Origin: Octopus sinensis
Lineage: Eukaryota
Assembly: GCF_006345805.1 (NCBI RefSeq)
Contig: NC_042999.1
Span: 12,338,001-12,402,000 of the forward strand
Length of the DNA: 64,000 bases
Direction: 5' to 3'
Positions 62,787 through 64,000 of the stretch are shown piece after piece; position 1 is the stretch's first letter; every line of letters begins with the position of its first letter. Made by a program: the position numbers and the translations under genes. The notes under the pieces were generated by a model, which was not told the origin of the DNA, ran no database searches, and worked only from the letters and a program-made list of their open reading frames with translations.

Positions 62787-63931
62787 TGTGTGTGTTTCTT
62801 TGTTTTGATATTTTGCATGATTGTTAACAAGTGTCCCTCATTTCCAGTCTTTTGTGAAAATATGTCAGATCAGGGGAAATACTTAGGTGCTTGGAAATAG
62901 ATGAGGGTTGGTCATGGCAAGGGGATCCAGCCATAGAAACTATGCCTTAACAAATTCCATCCAGTACATGGAAGAAGACATTGAAATAGTTAAGATGATG
63001 ATGATGTTTATTTAAAAATGTAATCCAAGGTAGCTATGTACAATATTTTGTGGGGTTTTCCCTCAATTCAATCGCTTGCTATAAACAGTGGAAACTTGCA
63101 AATCACCATAAACAAGACTTTACACACAGCAACCCGTGCTAGCGCGGAAAACGGACGTTAAACGATGATGATGATGATATTTATTTTGAATTTGTTTGTT
63201 TTATTTCATATTTTCAGGTGTCTATAATGAGGTGAAACAGATGAGAGAAGCTTGTGGAGACGCTCACCTGAAAGCCATCTTAGCTGTTGGAGAACTTGGA
63301 AGTATGGTGAATGTTTATAAAGCATCTGTTGTCTGCATGATGGCAGGTATGGTTGTTGTTGGTCGTTTTGTTTTTTTTAAATATACCAACGTGTAAAATA
63401 TTGGGTTGTCAGAGAAATCCGTTTCAGTTTCTACTTGGCAATGCCATGGTTACCGTTTTGGAAAAAGATGAAATTTATTCAAGTTTCAAAACTGATTAAC
63501 AAAAGTTGTAGAGAAAGAATAGAACTACCAAAAAAAAAAAAAGAATAAAAAGAAAACATAAAACACTATCATAAAAACATTTTTCAAGTTAATTCAAATA
63601 AAATTGGAAAGGATTAAATTAAATGGTAAAAGTAAAAAAACGAATAAATTTATGACAATTCAATATATGTTATAGGCTAAAAGATAAAATTGCCAGTTGT
63701 TGTTGGCAAATAAATTTTCTTGCTAATCCTTAATGGTCTCGTTAATAGTATACCTGCCATTGTTGTTGTTCATAAATTTTAGATTCTCACAGGGTTACCA
63801 TCTTTCTTGTTATCACAGGAAGTGATTTTATCAAGACTTCAACTGGTAAAGAAAGTGTGAATGCTACTTTCCCAGTAGGAATTGTGATGGCCAGAGCAAT
63901 CCGAGACTATTACAAAAAAACTGGATACAAG
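37791..63931 (+). CDS. DERA: Deoxyribose-phosphate aldolase gene, coding exons 1-7: join(37791..37821,51628..51725,53748..53895,55539..55637,55870..56004,63218..63346,63819..63931); 3' part lies beyond the window
   Basis: Spliced translation MAARNLGTPFDETWLQNVYMNFPAIQRRANTLGTRRSVKKQWQAAWLLRAVTCIDLTTLSGDDT...AAVCVYPNRV...VATGFPTGQ...GATEIDIVINR...AHLKAILAVGELG...GSDFIKTSTGKESVNATFPVGIVMARAIRDY matches metazoan DERA as I recall it. Exon lengths 31/98/148/99/135/129/113 (753 nt, 251 codons) keep frame with canonical splice sites, except donor 7. Confidence 0.97.
39283..41464. mobile_element. Inner Merlin-like foldback element with a perfect 8-bp TSD ATTTTTTT, carrying a CR1 insertion
   Basis: TIR (G)GTTAAT.TTTACAAC.TGACCCG at both ends; arms 39340-39610 vs 41185-41420; TSD at 39275-39282 and 41465-41472. 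Confidence 0.75.
39970..41180 (-). mobile_element. 5'-truncated CR1 LINE with an uninterrupted 362-aa RT/C-terminal ORF (40022-41110) and (ATT)n tail
   Basis: DVVYLDFAKAFNSVPH...GVPQGSVLGPLLF...KYADDIKL...RDLGI...RPHLEF...LESVQRRATK...RVAEAWNKLP. Confidence 0.95.
42700..42885 (-). mobile_element. Solo PLE-type terminal repeat containing a hammerhead motif, between (TA)n tracts
   Basis: ~180-bp non-coding unit bounded by TA microsatellites and carrying the motif at 42835-42872. Confidence 0.55.
42835..42872 (-). ncRNA. Minimal type-I hammerhead ribozyme motif, canonical C3-G8 core
   Basis: CUGU-CUGAUGA-ACG(GCAA)CGA-GAAA-CUCAGAG-UA-ACAG. GUA cleavage triplet, GNRA loop, one A.A mismatch closing stem II. 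Confidence 0.65.
43400..43520 (-). pseudogene. Merlin/IS1595-like transposase remnant
   Basis: Frameshifted ...INDSLNF/NPNNNIQTQIIEGRWMLIKK resembles the VNHSxNFVxP..HTQxIExxW motif. Confidence 0.5.
43686..44090 (+). mobile_element. SINE family A, full-length copy; minus-strand heads at 47170-47335 and 48130-48290
   Basis: Direct similarity to 30120-30516. Confidence 0.9.
48358..48920 (-). mobile_element. RTE LINE 3' end (last codons, 3'UTR and tail), inverted
   Basis: Reverse complement TATGCGCGAGAAGACCAGGCAGGACAAGTGAGTCCATAACCC matches the ORF end at 50545-50585. Confidence 0.9.
48951..51034 (+). mobile_element. 5'-truncated RTE LINE, second copy, with deletion, frameshift and stop
   Basis: Nearly identical to 30884-33343; starts GAGCATGAAGACAGGG and ends with a (GAT)n tail. 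Confidence 0.95.
51628..51725 (+). CDS. DERA: DERA coding exon 2
   Basis: ttcag|ATGAAACTTGG...TGGCAG|gtaac; encodes (D)ETWLQNVYMNFPAIQRRANTLGTRRSVKKQWQ. Confidence 0.95.
53748..53895 (+). CDS. DERA: DERA coding exon 3
   Basis: tttcag|GCTGCC...AAAG|gtggg; encodes AAWLLRAVTCIDLTTLSGDDTYSNVDRLCFKAKHP... Confidence 0.96.
54080..55170 (+). mobile_element. Older RTE RT fragment with an internal duplicated segment
   Basis: MQFSFVPGRSTTDAIFLVR...DLEKAFDRV; the MQKLGID...EEFQV..G.HQ.S block occurs twice. Confidence 0.85.
55539..55637 (+). CDS. DERA: DERA coding exon 4
   Basis: ttgcag|ATATT...TCTG|gtaagt; encodes IRTAAVCVYPNRVADCIKALKKANASNIPVAS. Confidence 0.96.
55870..56004 (+). CDS. DERA: DERA coding exon 5
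   Basis: cttag|TGGCC...AAAG|gtgagt; encodes VATGFPTGQ...GATEIDIVINRQLALTGDWK. Confidence 0.96.
56270..56660 (+). mobile_element. RTE ORF fragment (EN-RT linker region)
   Basis: ATDPICGWCKV...WWWNNTIDRAIRVKKQAW..W..GSRELY...RREARRKVY. Confidence 0.6.
56712..57730 (-). mobile_element. 5'-truncated, frameshifted CR1 LINE, second copy
   Basis: Collinear with 39970-40930: QSDLDTMQQWI.DWQLKL...RKHLFTLRVAEA.NKLP. Confidence 0.9.
57750..60300 (+). mobile_element. Older RTE LINE copy with an expanded 3'UTR minisatellite and (GAT)n tail
   Basis: LDQVMKVVERVIAQ...FVDLEKAF...LLYADD...; tail motif CATGGACAACGGACATTC..GATGATGAT near 60270-60297. Confidence 0.85.
59211..60020 (+). repeat. 42-bp minisatellite, ~17 conserved plus ~3 degenerate units
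   Basis: Unit GGGCCTGACAGAGGCAAAGTGACTGAGTTCCTTTGAAAT(A/G)TT; it accounts for the 320/250/135-aa repetitive pseudo-ORFs. Confidence 0.95.
60540..60880 (+). mobile_element. RTE 3'-tail repeat (family B variant)
   Basis: GGCACGTAAAAAGCACCCACTACAC...AACCCATGCCAGCATGGAAAATGGACATTAAAC(GAT)n. Confidence 0.8.
61744..62775 (+). repeat. Near-perfect 527-bp tandem duplication bounded by (GT)n, each unit headed by a tRNA-derived SINE (family D)
   Basis: TAATGTGAAGGCACATGG starts at 61744 and 62271; the units read essentially identical. Confidence 0.92.
63218..63346 (+). CDS. DERA: DERA coding exon 6
   Basis: tttcag|GTGTC...GCAG|gtatg; encodes VYNEVKQMREACGDAHLKAILAVGELGSMVNVYKASVVCMMA. Confidence 0.96.
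63819..63931 (+). CDS. DERA: DERA coding exon 7 (catalytic Lys motif FIKTSTGK)
   Basis: cacag|GAAGT...TACAAG|gcaaga; encodes GSDFIKTSTGKESVNATFPVGIVMARAIRDYYKKTGYK. The 3' boundary is inferred at a GC donor. Confidence 0.92.
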
Positions 63932-64000
63932 GCAAGAAAAAGAAATGACTTTTTTTAAAATTATTATTATTCAAATAAATTTTCTTTTTTCTCCTAGAGT

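Overview
Repeat-rich eukaryotic genomic DNA; the SINE/LINE families and dense (CA)n/(TA)n/(CAT)n microsatellites point to an octopus (inferred from the repeats). The one clear host gene is DERA (deoxyribose-phosphate aldolase, + strand): seven coding exons from ATG 37791 to 63931 (251 codons, including the FIKTSTGK Schiff-base motif), and the gene continues past the window. Intron 1 is 13.8 kb and intron 7 appears to start with a GC donor. I found no convincing host exon in 1-37 kb. The rest is transposon-derived: RTE LINEs, CR1, a Penelope-like element (PLE), R4/Dong-like, CRE-like and Tx1/L1-like relics, a decayed full-length mariner (DD34D), a non-autonomous Helitron, MITEs, nested Merlin-like elements with 8-bp TSDs, and many SINEs. 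The most notable unexplained structure is a set of small hammerhead-ribozyme-like motifs in PLE-type or foldback repeats. Their 3-8 core positions covary (C-G, G-C, U-A). There is also a cluster of long near-perfect palindromes at 22-24.6 kb. Most ORFs in the supplied track are microsatellite or antisense artefacts.
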